A stretch of 64,000 nt of DNA from a virus (Duplodnaviria > Caudoviricetes): the IMG/VR virus record IMGVR_UViG_3300050334_000106, positions 10,200 through 74,199 of that record. One strand, given 5' to 3'. This document shows positions 30,279 to 40,386 of the stretch, in pieces. Position 1 is the stretch's first letter. Each line of letters starts with the position of its first letter. The notes under the pieces were generated by a model. That model saw only the letters and a program-made list of their open reading frames with translations. It was not told the origin of the DNA and searched no databases. The position numbers were made by a program, and so were the translations under genes.

Positions 30279-30983
30279 TTACGGGACTTTTTTGGCCTGC
30301 TCTTTCTCTTCTTTCAATTTTACTATACTTTGAAGTCTTTGTTGTCGTTCAAATCTATTTATATACCAATCATTGATAAGTGTTTCTATCAATTCAATCA
30401 AAAGGCCTGCTTCCTCAGGTTCTACATCTATCATAAAATTTATATCCTTTTCCATGTGTGCCCCTATATTCCCTACTTTTCTAACTGCATCAATAGCATC
30501 CCAAGTTAATGGATCAATTTTGTCTTTTATGGCCTCAATCTCATCAACAAGTCTTGACTTATTGATTTTCCAAAAATCCCTTATCATTCCCTGTAAGCAA
30601 CGCCTCGAAAGAGTCGCAGATGCCTTGGGGCTTAACTCTTTAATTAAGCAAGCCTCTGAATAATCCTCTAAAATAGGAGTTGGTATATAGTTAGGAAAAA
30701 TTTTTGCAAGTACACCCGGAAGCAAATCCCAATCTTTAATATGTTTTACTTTACGCCACTGTCCACCCACCCATTTTGCTGAATACAAGTTGGCATAAGC
30801 AGATAATTCTAAACATTCAGGATTTGGGCAAACTATTAACATTGAATTTAAAGCTATATCCCCTTGTTTATTTTGAATATCACATAATAAATCATTTGTC
30901 CTTAAATTTTTATCAGTAATGGTAGTATCATGATTGCAATAGGGACATGTCCACCTAAATGGAACACCGGTTGGCATCATCAT
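30279..30983 (-). CDS. DUF4145-like protein with Zn-binding N-terminus
   Basis: DYSEACLI...ASATLSRRCLQ...DAVRKVGNIGAH. Confidence 0.75.
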   Translation of the reverse strand: MMMPTGVPFRWTCPYCNHDTTITDKNLRTNDLLCDIQNKQGDIALNSMLIVCPNPECLELSAYANLYSAKWVGGQWRKVKHIKDWDLLPGVLAKIFPNYIPTPILEDYSEACLIKELSPKASATLSRRCLQGMIRDFWKINKSRLVDEIEAIKDKIDPLTWDAIDAVRKVGNIGAHMEKDINFMIDVEPEEAGLLIELIETLINDWYINRFERQQRLQSIVKLKEEKEQAKKVP

Positions 30984-31147
30984 AAGTATTAACTCCTATT
31001 TTTATATTTTTTCTATAGTTTACCAATATAATATAAAATAAATAGCAGAAATTCAAGTATAAAGATGGAAGGTTGTACAATCTGTATATACCGCACTATT
31101 CAGTTTTCAAAGATCATGCATTTCCTGTTTTCTATTCAAACTGTGAT

Positions 31148-31297
31148 TTAATCTACAAGGCGTTCTTTGATACGCTTTAATTTTTCATCACTGGATATCT
31201 CTGTATCGTTAATAATGTTTAAAAGCACTGTTTTCAGACTCTCAGCCTCATTTTTTACATTTTCAATTGTTTTAAAAAGGTTCCACATATTAACCAA
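31148..31297 (-). CDS. Small hypothetical protein (49 aa; not in ORF track)
   Basis: GAAAGGAG RBS, TTG start, MVNMWNLFKTIENVKNE... Confidence 0.45.
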   Translation of the reverse strand: MVNMWNLFKTIENVKNEAESLKTVLLNIINDTEISSDEKLKRIKERLVD

Positions 31298-31424
31298 TTA
31301 AATCCACTCCTTTCCGTTGTATTCGACTTATTTTGCATATTAATTGCTATTTATTGTAAGAATATACTTTTTGATGTAGAATGTTGTTATAACCCAAATT
31401 CATACACCAGAGGAGGTGTTACAT

Positions 31425-31562
31425 ATGCCATCAACAGGAGAAAAACCGGGCAAAGGTTCATATCAGTGTAAAAAATGTGGACAAATTGTCAGATTGGATG
31501 ATAGTACTGATACTTTGCCCCCATGTCCTAAATGTAATGGTACTGAGTATTATAAGGTTTAA
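31425..31562 (+). CDS. Small Zn-ribbon protein (45 aa; not in ORF track)
   Basis: GGAGGTG RBS; MPSTGEKPGKGSYQCKKC...LPPCPKCNGTEY. Confidence 0.75.
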   Translation: MPSTGEKPGKGSYQCKKCGQIVRLDDSTDTLPPCPKCNGTEYYKV

Positions 31563-31691
31563 TTACTTATAAATTGCTCAATAGCTTCGTCTGAGTAGCC
31601 AAATACTCTCCCGGGCGCCCAATGTTCATAACCTGTATTTGGCTTTTCAGTGAAGCCCTTTATAATAATCAAGCATAAATTATATATATAT

Positions 31692-32357
31692 CTACAAAGC
31701 TGTCCATGCATCCGAGGCAATTTTATCAATCTTATTCTTCAGATGAAAATTAAATGCTTCTTGAAGCGATAGTCCATTCCGTGATGCCGTTGAATATAAT
31801 GTAGGTAATTTTATTCCAATAAGTCTACACGCATCCGTAATACATAATGAGCATGAATTAATTTTAATATTTTTATTTCTCCGTGTGTTTCTCATTTGCT
31901 TTTTATATGTTGCCCAAATGCAGTTATCTTTGGAATACCCCTTGTTTACATCAATTCTCTCTAAAGTTAACCCCGGAGAATAGCTTTTAAACATATCTTC
32001 ATAGAAGTTCTCAAAACTGCTCTCCCATCTATTACAAACTTTAATTCCTCTACCTCCATAATCCTGGTATGTTTTTTGCTTTGGATCATTGCATCTTCTT
32101 ATCATTGCCTGCCATACATAGTAAAATCTTGTATGTGACATATGATGTTTGGAATTGAGATTCTTTACTAAATCAAGTTTCATACATCCGCATGATTTTG
32201 TGTTTCCAGATATAAGAGAATTGGAGTCAATTGTTACTATATTTCCACAACTACATTTACATCTCCATAATGCTTTCCCATGTTTATTGGAACCAACTCT
32301 CTCAATTATGGTTAACTTTCCAAATACCTTATTTTTAAGATTTTTCGCTTCACTCAT
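31692..32357 (-). CDS. HNH-type free-standing (homing) endonuclease
   Basis: WRCKCSCG...KSCGC, YGGRGIKVC, LERIDVNKGYSKDNC. Confidence 0.8.
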   Translation of the reverse strand: MSEAKNLKNKVFGKLTIIERVGSNKHGKALWRCKCSCGNIVTIDSNSLISGNTKSCGCMKLDLVKNLNSKHHMSHTRFYYVWQAMIRRCNDPKQKTYQDYGGRGIKVCNRWESSFENFYEDMFKSYSPGLTLERIDVNKGYSKDNCIWATYKKQMRNTRRNKNIKINSCSLCITDACRLIGIKLPTLYSTASRNGLSLQEAFNFHLKNKIDKIASDAWTAL

Positions 32358-32374
32358 CTACACATACCTCAAAT

Positions 32375-32794
32375 TCAAAATGGGAGTTCGTCATCCTCGG
32401 AGCCATCCATATGGTAGTATCCATCGCTAGATGAGGTATTCTCATTTTTCGACATAGAACCGCTGGGATTGTTATTCTGCTTAGTACCAGTGAAAAATGT
32501 TTCCTCACACACAACCTCAGTAACATAATGGCGTTTGCCCTCGTTGTCTTCCCATGTTCTGGTCTGAATTCTACCAACTACAGCTACCTGCTGGCCTTTT
32601 ACAAAATATTTGCCCACAAACTCAGCTGTTTTATTCCAGGCAACTATGTTTATGAAATCTGCTTTGGGCTGGCCATCCTGTGCGAATCGTCTGTTTACGG
32701 CTAGGGTAAAGCTTGCGACAGCGGTGTTATTTCCGGATGTGTATCGCAAGTCCGGATCCTTTGTTAATCTTCCCATCAAAACAACCTTATTAAT
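32375..32794 (-). CDS. ssb: Single-stranded DNA-binding protein (probable ATT start)
   Basis: INKVVLMGRLTKDP...ADFINIVAW...GRIQTRTW...DDELPF. Confidence 0.95.
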   Translation of the reverse strand: MNKVVLMGRLTKDPDLRYTSGNNTAVASFTLAVNRRFAQDGQPKADFINIVAWNKTAEFVGKYFVKGQQVAVVGRIQTRTWEDNEGKRHYVTEVVCEETFFTGTKQNNNPSGSMSKNENTSSSDGYYHMDGSEDDELPF

Positions 32795-34550
32795 ATGACA
32801 CTCCCCCTTTCAATTTCTCAACAATCTTGTTCATATGCTCCGTAGCCTTCTGCTGAGCCAGCATTTTATCTTGCTCAGTTTCGGCCTTGTCCCCCATAAT
32901 TCCAATGAACTGGGAAACCTTAAGACCAAGGAATTCCTGAATTGTTTCATCTGTGCCTTCCTCGGCAACCAGATAATAGCTAAGTATTGAATCCATTGTT
33001 TCATCAACGCCTATTCTCTGTATCCTATCTTCGGCTTGACTGTGAATTGCAGGTGACCAATCTAGTTCACCAAAGGCGCAGCATGTTGCACTCTGCAACC
33101 CATCAATGCCTGCAGCAGCCCGGAGAGAAATGCAACAAATATTTGTCTCCCTATTTTTAAAAGCCTGCACAGATGCATCTTTTTGATTTACAGTTTCTTT
33201 GCCAGTTATGAATACAGGATGAAATTCCTTTAGTTCTTCTTTGTAGATGTCCCAGACCGCATGGTGATAAGCGAACAGCAAGACTCTTTCCCCTGCTTCA
33301 AGGAGCATTTTAACGAATGTTGCAACATATGGAGCCTTTGCAATACCTATAGCCTGCCTGGTTTCATTCACTATATCTCGGGACATCCTGCCTCGTTCAA
33401 AGTGGTCTCTGATGCTGTCAATAATCATCGCTTTACTGACCGCAGACTGAATTAAATTGCTATAAGTGCCTGTATCAAAATCAATCGTCTGTACGACCCG
33501 GCGTTTTGGTGGGAGCTCTTTGAGCACGTCCAGCTTTCGACGTCTGAGCATAAGGCCTTCACGTCTCAGGTAATCACCCAGTAAATCTGGATTCTTGACC
33601 ACATCAGAACCGTAACCAAAACACCATTCACGAGTAAATGAATCCCAGTCTCCCAAGCAGTGATACTCTATTATATTCATTACACTCCAAATCTCACCGC
33701 CACGGTTGTAAATTGGCGTCCCAGAAAGTCCAATTACATTCTCACACCTGGAAGCTACCAGGGATGCTGCGCTGTATTTCTCTGTGCCGGTATGCCGCAA
33801 CTCCTGGATTTCATCCAATATGATGGCCTTGAATTTCATTTCAGGAAGGATGTTTTTCCATCCTCTTAATAGAAGATAGTGAATGATATATATGCTGGCC
33901 TCTGGTAACCTGTACGGCCTCAGGCCCTTAATGATGTGCACGGAATCTTTTTCATTTTCCTCAAATAAGGAAACCTCTTTTCGGGGAAGCTTTAGAAACT
34001 TGTTTATCTCTTTCTGCCAGTTGCGAATTAAGTGAGGAGGCACAATTAATAGGGCTGGGTAACTTTCAGTTGTAGCCAAGAAGGAAAGTGCCTGTGGGCT
34101 TTTGCCTAAACCCATTTCGTCAGCCAAAAGAGTCCGCCTATTGTAGAGCATGAAAGTATGTCCTTCTTCCTGAAATCCACGAAGTTCCCCTGTAAAATCC
34201 ATGGATGGTTTTATCTTTTGTGGTGATGCGTTAAGCTCGTTTCTTTTTAGTACATGTTCCACTGCCTGTTTGTAGGAATTATCCCATTTATCAGAATCTT
34301 CTATATTTAAGGGATACCTCTGCATAAGCCAATTCAGGTCACCATTAAATCTCTTTGTGTTATTAAACTTCACGACTCCCGAACCTCGCACCGCACTCCC
34401 GGGGAAAAGTCTCTTTGCTATATCAATTACGCAAGGTTCACCATGGATTTCCCATGCATCACTTACAGAGTCATAAACAAGGGTTCCATAATAATAGTCA
34501 GCAGTTTCTACTTTATTTAAATATGCCGGTATCATAGTGCAATCCCCCAC
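32790..34550 (-). CDS. SNF2-family helicase
   Basis: LLADEMGLGKS, ILDEIQ, SGTP, QAEDRIQRIG. Confidence 0.92.
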   Translation of the reverse strand: MGDCTMIPAYLNKVETADYYYGTLVYDSVSDAWEIHGEPCVIDIAKRLFPGSAVRGSGVVKFNNTKRFNGDLNWLMQRYPLNIEDSDKWDNSYKQAVEHVLKRNELNASPQKIKPSMDFTGELRGFQEEGHTFMLYNRRTLLADEMGLGKSPQALSFLATTESYPALLIVPPHLIRNWQKEINKFLKLPRKEVSLFEENEKDSVHIIKGLRPYRLPEASIYIIHYLLLRGWKNILPEMKFKAIILDEIQELRHTGTEKYSAASLVASRCENVIGLSGTPIYNRGGEIWSVMNIIEYHCLGDWDSFTREWCFGYGSDVVKNPDLLGDYLRREGLMLRRRKLDVLKELPPKRRVVQTIDFDTGTYSNLIQSAVSKAMIIDSIRDHFERGRMSRDIVNETRQAIGIAKAPYVATFVKMLLEAGERVLLFAYHHAVWDIYKEELKEFHPVFITGKETVNQKDASVQAFKNRETNICCISLRAAAGIDGLQSATCCAFGELDWSPAIHSQAEDRIQRIGVDETMDSILSYYLVAEEGTDETIQEFLGLKVSQFIGIMGDKAETEQDKMLAQQKATEHMNKIVEKLKGGVSY

Positions 34551-34894
34551 AGTTTGTTCAATCCCAGGGAAACACAGGGCTTCCCGTTTATCTCCCTGGG
34601 GACATCCATATTCTTTTCTATTACAAGAATAATTCCTTTAACCCGGTCAAACTCTGCATATCGTTGTAGTTGCCCTATTGCCTGAGCCTTATTGGGCTTT
34701 CCTTTCTTCACTTCAATAGCAATTCCGTTCCTGAATGTAAGGAAGTCAACCCGATTTCGTGGCCCTAGCTTGCATTCCCTCTCGTAGTGTATTTCAGCAT
34801 CAATAAGCAACTTTTCAATTTCTGCTTGAAGATCGTATTCCTCGTTAACAGGATTAATCCGTAACGTTTTGAGAACATCTATTATTTGTTGCAT
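34532..34894 (-). CDS. PD-(D/E)XK-like nuclease
   Basis: RVDFL...IAIEVKK...QLQRY. Confidence 0.6.
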   Translation of the reverse strand: MQQIIDVLKTLRINPVNEEYDLQAEIEKLLIDAEIHYERECKLGPRNRVDFLTFRNGIAIEVKKGKPNKAQAIGQLQRYAEFDRVKGIILVIEKNMDVPREINGKPCVSLGLNKLWGIAL

Positions 34895-35381
34895 CTTGAT
34901 CTCCCCTTTCCAATTCCCCGAGCCACTTATTCAAATCATTCTTCAGCACCAGATTATCTGTTGATTCCATATATGCTCTTAACGCGGCTCTGGCGGCCGG
35001 GTCTTTATCAGGCCTTAATACAAAACATCCTTCTACCGGCTCATTATTTCTTGCTTTAAACACCCGGTATTTTACTTCAAGGCCAGTATAATCACTCTCA
35101 TATAGAGTTGGGAGAGTTACGGGTCTTTTCAAAAACCCTTTAAAAGTCCTATTTCTTATTGCATATACAAGCCAATCGGCTATTATCAATGCAGCAATGA
35201 AACCAATTTCAAATACTATAAATCCAACCGGAATAACAATAAATGCCCACCATTTAAACACGGCTATTGCAACAACCATATCTGTAATAATAAGCAATAG
35301 TCCCACGGCTCCAATGCCTATTAAAAATAAAATCTTAATAATTTTTTCAAGCATTTTTCTCATCTCCTTTGCTGGCTTCAA
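34854..35381 (-). CDS. Hypothetical membrane protein
   Basis: Two TM segments; FVLRPDKDPAARAAL. Confidence 0.55.
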   Translation of the reverse strand: MKPAKEMRKMLEKIIKILFLIGIGAVGLLLIITDMVVAIAVFKWWAFIVIPVGFIVFEIGFIAALIIADWLVYAIRNRTFKGFLKRPVTLPTLYESDYTGLEVKYRVFKARNNEPVEGCFVLRPDKDPAARAALRAYMESTDNLVLKNDLNKWLGELERGDQDATNNRCSQNVTD

Positions 35382-35658
35382 ACGAAACTTTACTAATTGC
35401 TTTTAAAGTCCCGCTCATTTCGGATAACTTCAACTGTAACCCGTCATTTTCAAAGAGAATTTCCCTGACGCAATCTGAGAGTTCAGAACTGTCCTTCCCA
35501 TGATTGTGAAGGTAGAATCTACAGAGTTCGATTTCCTGCCGCTGAACCTCAATGGTATCAATTAAATCGCGAATATCGCCTGGGCAACATATTTTGTTAT
35601 AAAACCCTGTCTTTAATGCGTGTTTAATGACTTCCAAACTATTTTTATTAATTATCAT
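35347..35658 (-). CDS. Hypothetical protein
   Basis: Operonic ORF with RBS. Confidence 0.55.
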   Translation of the reverse strand: MIINKNSLEVIKHALKTGFYNKICCPGDIRDLIDTIEVQRQEIELCRFYLHNHGKDSSELSDCVREILFENDGLQLKLSEMSGTLKAISKVSFEASKGDEKNA

Positions 35659-35674
35659 ATTTAATTCAACCTCC

Positions 35675-36145
35675 CTATATCGCCCATTTAACTGGTTTCA
35701 AATCTGCCTTAAGATATAGTGGATGCTTGGGGTGACCATCTTTTGTCAAACCGAGATACTGTAATTTATCTTCAAATATACGAATTATTTTTTTATCCCG
35801 ATTATGCAGATTCCCATGCGTTCCCCAAGCTGCGATAACAATATCTGAATTATTCACAGTGTCGAAAATATATTGATTATTTAAAGGCCCGATTGGGTCT
35901 GATACAATCTTTAATTCCGTAGGGTTCGTAGCTCGGTAAGCAAACAGATTTACAACCTTTATCCCACCGTAACCCCAGCCCCTGGCATAATTCATGCAGC
36001 GGCGTATTGTTGGATCATCCTCATCCGCATCTGCTGTGGAAGGATTTAGCATTATAAACACCACCAGAGGTTTTGATTCATCCCATATCCGCCAGAGCTG
36101 ATACCGGTACTTGCCTGTTTCATCTATGATTGCACCTTTAATCAT
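35675..36145 (-). CDS. DUF1643-family protein
   Basis: FIMLNPSTAD...DDPTIRRC...VNLFAYRAT...HPKHPLY. Confidence 0.9.
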   Translation of the reverse strand: MIKGAIIDETGKYRYQLWRIWDESKPLVVFIMLNPSTADADEDDPTIRRCMNYARGWGYGGIKVVNLFAYRATNPTELKIVSDPIGPLNNQYIFDTVNNSDIVIAAWGTHGNLHNRDKKIIRIFEDKLQYLGLTKDGHPKHPLYLKADLKPVKWAI

Positions 36146-36956
36146 TCATCTTCAACCTCCTCATACATTCAGGCCATTCTTGGATTGGATAGCGCTCATA
36201 AAGTGGACTTTTTACAAATACCGGGACATTCACCTTCTTGCATTGGTCGATTATAGATTGCACATCTTCATCATTTGGGGGCTTATTTGGATTGGTCTGC
36301 TGGCCGATGATAACTAAATCAGCATATGCCAGCGTGCTTAAATCTTTCGGTGTTTCAAGCAAAGGCTCTATTGAAACAAAATAATGACTTCTGTGCGGTC
36401 TAGGTGTATTTATACAGGCAAAGGGGTCGCCTTCTTTCGTCACCGTGCTTCCAAACCAGAAATTCGGTTTATCCGGTACTCCTTTGCCGCCGTTCAGTTC
36501 ACCATATCTCTTCGGGTTCTTCGTAAGAAATAAATATGTGTGCCATGGAGCTCTTTCACAAGCCTCAAAAACTTCCTGAATCCATGAATCTGGCACCCAT
36601 TCCCCGAACAAGTCTCCCATGTATACAACACCGATAATGCTTGGTCGCTTGATTTTCTGAGGCTCATCGAGGCGATAGCGATGAAAAGTGGGAGTGAAGC
36701 CGAAGGGATAAGGCGCCTTTATTCTGTTGCCGTGTTGCGGTATATACCTGGTCAATGGCGCATTAACCACATATAATCCTCCATCTGTTCGCTCCCAACT
36801 TCCGTCATCTAGGCGGTCAATATCTGCGCCCCCAAATCTATGCGCTATCTTCTTCGCATAACAATATTGATCTTTACACGAATGCATACAACCTGTGACG
36901 GGATTCCACGTATAATCCAGGTACTCTATCTTTTCTTTGTCTTGTTTATTCATCAA
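36138..36956 (-). CDS. DUF5131 (gp37/gp68-like, radical-SAM-related) protein
   Basis: TWNPVTGC...C...CYA, MGDLFG, FLTKNP, FVSIEPL. Confidence 0.85.
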   Translation of the reverse strand: MMNKQDKEKIEYLDYTWNPVTGCMHSCKDQYCYAKKIAHRFGGADIDRLDDGSWERTDGGLYVVNAPLTRYIPQHGNRIKAPYPFGFTPTFHRYRLDEPQKIKRPSIIGVVYMGDLFGEWVPDSWIQEVFEACERAPWHTYLFLTKNPKRYGELNGGKGVPDKPNFWFGSTVTKEGDPFACINTPRPHRSHYFVSIEPLLETPKDLSTLAYADLVIIGQQTNPNKPPNDEDVQSIIDQCKKVNVPVFVKSPLYERYPIQEWPECMRRLKMND

Positions 36957-37227
36957 TGTTTTCCCCGTCTTTCTTTAACAAAAATCTCTTTTCAACTACT
37001 GCATAGATACTCTTTACCACGCATTTCCGTGGCATTTGATAATCTGGAAGGACAGCACCGGATGAATAGTCTATTACATAATCAACCCCATTGTACAATT
37101 CAACACCTTCCAAAGCCTCTTGAATTTGCACAAGATTAGGTTCTTGCAGAAATTCAATCTCGTCTCTAAGTGAAGGCTCTCCGCTGAATCTCTGAACATA
37201 ACACTTAACAACATATTTAATCTCCAT
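36946..37227 (-). CDS. Hypothetical protein
   Basis: Operonic ORF with GGAG RBS. Confidence 0.55.
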   Translation of the reverse strand: MEIKYVVKCYVQRFSGEPSLRDEIEFLQEPNLVQIQEALEGVELYNGVDYVIDYSSGAVLPDYQMPRKCVVKSIYAVVEKRFLLKKDGENIDE

Positions 37228-37230
37228 AAA

Positions 37231-37818
37231 TCACTCCTCCGCTCCTAACACATAAACCTCCAGCATCTTCACGCCAAACACCCGGCAGGCGTTCCCATCA
37301 GCCATATACACATCAATGCAATTCCGCTTAATAGCGCCACCCCGGTCCTTGACCACAAAAATCCCTTTATTCGGTGCATCTCGGAAGTATGGTATGTAAA
37401 CTCTTGTCCCGAATTTCAACTCCGGTCCGGCGGCAACAGTGTACCATTCCTCGACCGATTCACCGCTGGCCGTAATCCCATACAACGGATGATTTGGCAG
37501 CTTCCCACATGATTCCACGGATAGATCATAGGCCGTTACCCTCATTCTTCGCACATCTGCGCTACCCCGTGATATTTTGTTGTCAAGCTCATTACGATTG
37601 GTTTCGACTTTGGATGATAAAACATCTATTTGCTCTGTGATCTTGGCGATATCTGATGATATGGATGGCAGTACTTCAACTTGTTGCTGCAAGACTTCTA
37701 TTTGCTCATTTATAACATTTATATTTTCCTGATTTTCAAGTGCCAAGCTATTGTACTTGGCCAACAAAACCAGCATCAGTGCAAGTACACTCAAGATTGC
37801 TATATCTTTTAATTTCAA
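37231..37818 (-). CDS. Membrane-anchored 3D-domain (peptidoglycan-acting) protein
   Basis: N-terminal TM, coiled coil, VTAY...TASG...VAA...KDRGGAIK..CIDVYM. Confidence 0.85.
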   Translation of the reverse strand: MKLKDIAILSVLALMLVLLAKYNSLALENQENINVINEQIEVLQQQVEVLPSISSDIAKITEQIDVLSSKVETNRNELDNKISRGSADVRRMRVTAYDLSVESCGKLPNHPLYGITASGESVEEWYTVAAGPELKFGTRVYIPYFRDAPNKGIFVVKDRGGAIKRNCIDVYMADGNACRVFGVKMLEVYVLGAEE

Positions 37819-37823
37819 TCTCC

Positions 37824-37970
37824 TTACTCCTCCCTCCAGAACGCTTCCCACTCTTCTGGTGTCGGCTCCGGGATCTCTTCTTCAACCGGATAATATTTCT
37901 CCAACAACGAAACCGGTGGCGGGTGGCCATAGTGGTTTGTGTAAAACTCAATATATTGCTGTCTATTCAT
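37824..37970 (-). CDS. Small acidic protein (48 aa; not in ORF track)
   Basis: MNRQQYIEFY...EWEAFWREE; TGATG overlap with the upstream stop. Confidence 0.55.
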   Translation of the reverse strand: MNRQQYIEFYTNHYGHPPPVSLLEKYYPVEEEIPEPTPEEWEAFWREE

Positions 37971-39004
37971 CAAGTCCAACTCCCTTCAAGGCCTAGTTGA
38001 TTATTGTTCTGAGCTTTTATCCAAGGTTCATATTCCTCAAAACTACACTTGGTATAAATCCTTCCATTTATCCAACGAGCGAAATGATGATGCTTTTCTG
38101 ATATATAAGTCTTGTTGTAAGGCATCACATACGGGTTAATGTTCATTTCTCTGAGCCTACGGAAGCGATACATATCCTCCTCAAAAGAAGTATTGTAACA
38201 AGTTAGCATAAAACACATCTGTTTCCAACTCTTAACATACTGCTTGAAAAGTTTAATGCCATCTAATATCTGATTCTCAAACAACATCAGGTCCCAAGCA
38301 TAGTGTATGCTGCGTAAATGGCTTACTTCTGATAACGCCTGAGCTATTTCCGGGGTCAACAGTCTGACATCAATACCCTGTGTAATGTCTACAACCAGCT
38401 TTCTGTCCCGGATCTCGTGTAACTTTTCGATGCAGTCAGGGTCTGCCGTCAAATTGTTATCATATAATATCAGGACATTTGACCTCGGATTGAGGAGGTC
38501 ATTTATCTCGGCCACATGATGGAACTCGCCTTCTTTCTGCCTGACTCCACAGAATCCACATTCTTTCCTGATACAACCCCTGCTACTAAATCCCATCCCG
38601 GCATTCACAATCTCAGCAGCCTTATGCTCTTTGCTCCTTTTTGTGGCAATACCACCCCTGATTCGGGGCAGTATATCTGAAGCTTTGTATAAATCGTAGT
38701 CAGGCTTACAGGCTTCAATTTCAGGCGGCAATTCAGTATGTGTAACCTCAACAAATCTTCCCTTTTCATTAACTATGAAATCCCATCCAGTCCCGCCAAT
38801 TTTAATTTCTGCTCTAGGATATAATTGCATTATCTTCTCGGCCTTTGACCGGCTCCAAGTAAACAAGACAGATATATATACTTTATCTGGCCTATCACAG
38901 GTGTTCAGATATACGGTGTCACCCAGCGCCTTATGCCAAGTTGAAAGTTTCATCAAGGCCAAATTGGGAAGTTTCCCGTCTATATCAATCAATAATACAT
39001 TCAA
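37970..39004 (-). CDS. Radical-SAM-like protein
   Basis: LLIDIDGKLPNLALMK; GCIRKECGFC cluster motif; DNNL, QGIDVRL. Confidence 0.75.
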   Translation of the reverse strand: MNVLLIDIDGKLPNLALMKLSTWHKALGDTVYLNTCDRPDKVYISVLFTWSRSKAEKIMQLYPRAEIKIGGTGWDFIVNEKGRFVEVTHTELPPEIEACKPDYDLYKASDILPRIRGGIATKRSKEHKAAEIVNAGMGFSSRGCIRKECGFCGVRQKEGEFHHVAEINDLLNPRSNVLILYDNNLTADPDCIEKLHEIRDRKLVVDITQGIDVRLLTPEIAQALSEVSHLRSIHYAWDLMLFENQILDGIKLFKQYVKSWKQMCFMLTCYNTSFEEDMYRFRRLREMNINPYVMPYNKTYISEKHHHFARWINGRIYTKCSFEEYEPWIKAQNNNQLGLEGSWT

Positions 39005-39115
39005 AATATCACCATCCCTATAATAATGGCTGAAACCCAATGAAAAACAAGAAACATCACCGTTGAGCCTGTTATACCCCAAAATCGCTTATCGGCTTTT
39101 TGCATAATTCTGATG

Positions 39116-39463
39116 CTATTCAGCATAAGGAATATCATTATCGAAATCCAGATCATTTGTGCTGTACTGTTCACCTCTAGCGGCTCCTTTCATGATATTT
39201 ATACAGAAATCATAAGGCGCCACTGCGTACTTAACTTCTTTTTCAATATCATACTCGTGCGTATTTAATCTTACGTTTTGAGCGACTTTGTTTTTTGTTC
39301 CCTCAATTTGCTTTATAACCTCGTCAATATCAAAAGTAGTAGGCTGGTTATCGACTATTGCCATTACTGCATCAAAGAAAATTATCTCATGCAACTGTTT
39401 GCAGTCAGACTTTGCTGTCTCAAGTGATTTTATTAATACTCCCCTACTTATCAAGTCTCTCAT
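39116..39463 (-). CDS. Hypothetical protein
   Basis: MRDLISRG...PTTFD phage-type motif. Confidence 0.6.
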   Translation of the reverse strand: MRDLISRGVLIKSLETAKSDCKQLHEIIFFDAVMAIVDNQPTTFDIDEVIKQIEGTKNKVAQNVRLNTHEYDIEKEVKYAVAPYDFCINIMKGAARGEQYSTNDLDFDNDIPYAE

Positions 39464-40386
39464 CCCAATACCTCCATTTCATCACCAAAGAAATCAAATA
39501 ACGACGGTACTTCAGCTGAATTTTCAATTGCTTTTAGAAAATCCACCGATTTATTAAACCAGCTTTCTTTAAGTTCAATCCCTATACCTTTTCTTTTCAT
39601 GTCCACAGCTTTATAGGGAACGCTTGCAATTCCTGCAAATGGATCAAGTACCGTATCGCCCTCATTGCTCCACAGTTCAATGCAATTCTGGATTGTATCT
39701 AACTGAAGCGGTACGATATGCCTTTCATCCTTTTCATCCCTTGCTATCTTGGCATTAAGCGTATTTGATTGATCGATGTCCATCCAAACAGGCTCGGCTA
39801 CCTTTTGCCATTTATCAACTGGATAACTTTCATTTGTGTGAATAATTGGATTTGCATTCACTCCTGGCTTTCTAAGAGTAACTATATAGTCAGGCAGTCC
39901 CATTCTGGACATAGCAGAATCCTTTTTTAATTGCTTATGCAGCAGGCCTAATGCGTTTGTCCTAACCATTTCAACAACCGGGGATTTACGGATTGTAACT
40001 CTACTGTGATAGATAAAACCTACTCGTTGAAACATTCTTATAAGCAGTCCCGGGAAGTCTTTTAATCCTATTTCTCCGTCTCTTTCTTTCATCAATGGTA
40101 CGTCCGTGCAATGAAGTGAGATATTTCTGCCTGGCATTGTTACTCTGTATAATTCTTTTGCTAAAAATCTCATATGCCTGATAAATTGCAGGTCGCTCTT
40201 GGAATTGCCCATATCTCTATCACTATTCGAATATGTGTAAAGCGATAAGAATGGCGTTGAAGTCAATGTATATCCTATTGAATTGGCTGGAATGCCTTTG
40301 ATAACCTCAACATTATCCCCGTTATACAAAACCCAATTACTGCCATGCGCTTGATTTAGCACTTTCAATTCGCCACCCCCAACCAA
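39460..40386 (-). CDS. Amino (N4-C/N6-A) DNA methyltransferase
   Basis: Motif IV-like TSTPF, VLDPFAGIAS, GIGIELK. Confidence 0.85.
   Translation of the reverse strand: MVGGGELKVLNQAHGSNWVLYNGDNVEVIKGIPANSIGYTLTSTPFLSLYTYSNSDRDMGNSKSDLQFIRHMRFLAKELYRVTMPGRNISLHCTDVPLMKERDGEIGLKDFPGLLIRMFQRVGFIYHSRVTIRKSPVVEMVRTNALGLLHKQLKKDSAMSRMGLPDYIVTLRKPGVNANPIIHTNESYPVDKWQKVAEPVWMDIDQSNTLNAKIARDEKDERHIVPLQLDTIQNCIELWSNEGDTVLDPFAGIASVPYKAVDMKRKGIGIELKESWFNKSVDFLKAIENSAEVPSLFDFFGDEMEVLG

Noticed and set aside
31563-31690. Short - strand frame (…HWAPGRVFGYSDEAIEQFISN)
   Set aside because: No credible start or RBS; probably a gene remnant left by the HNH insertion.
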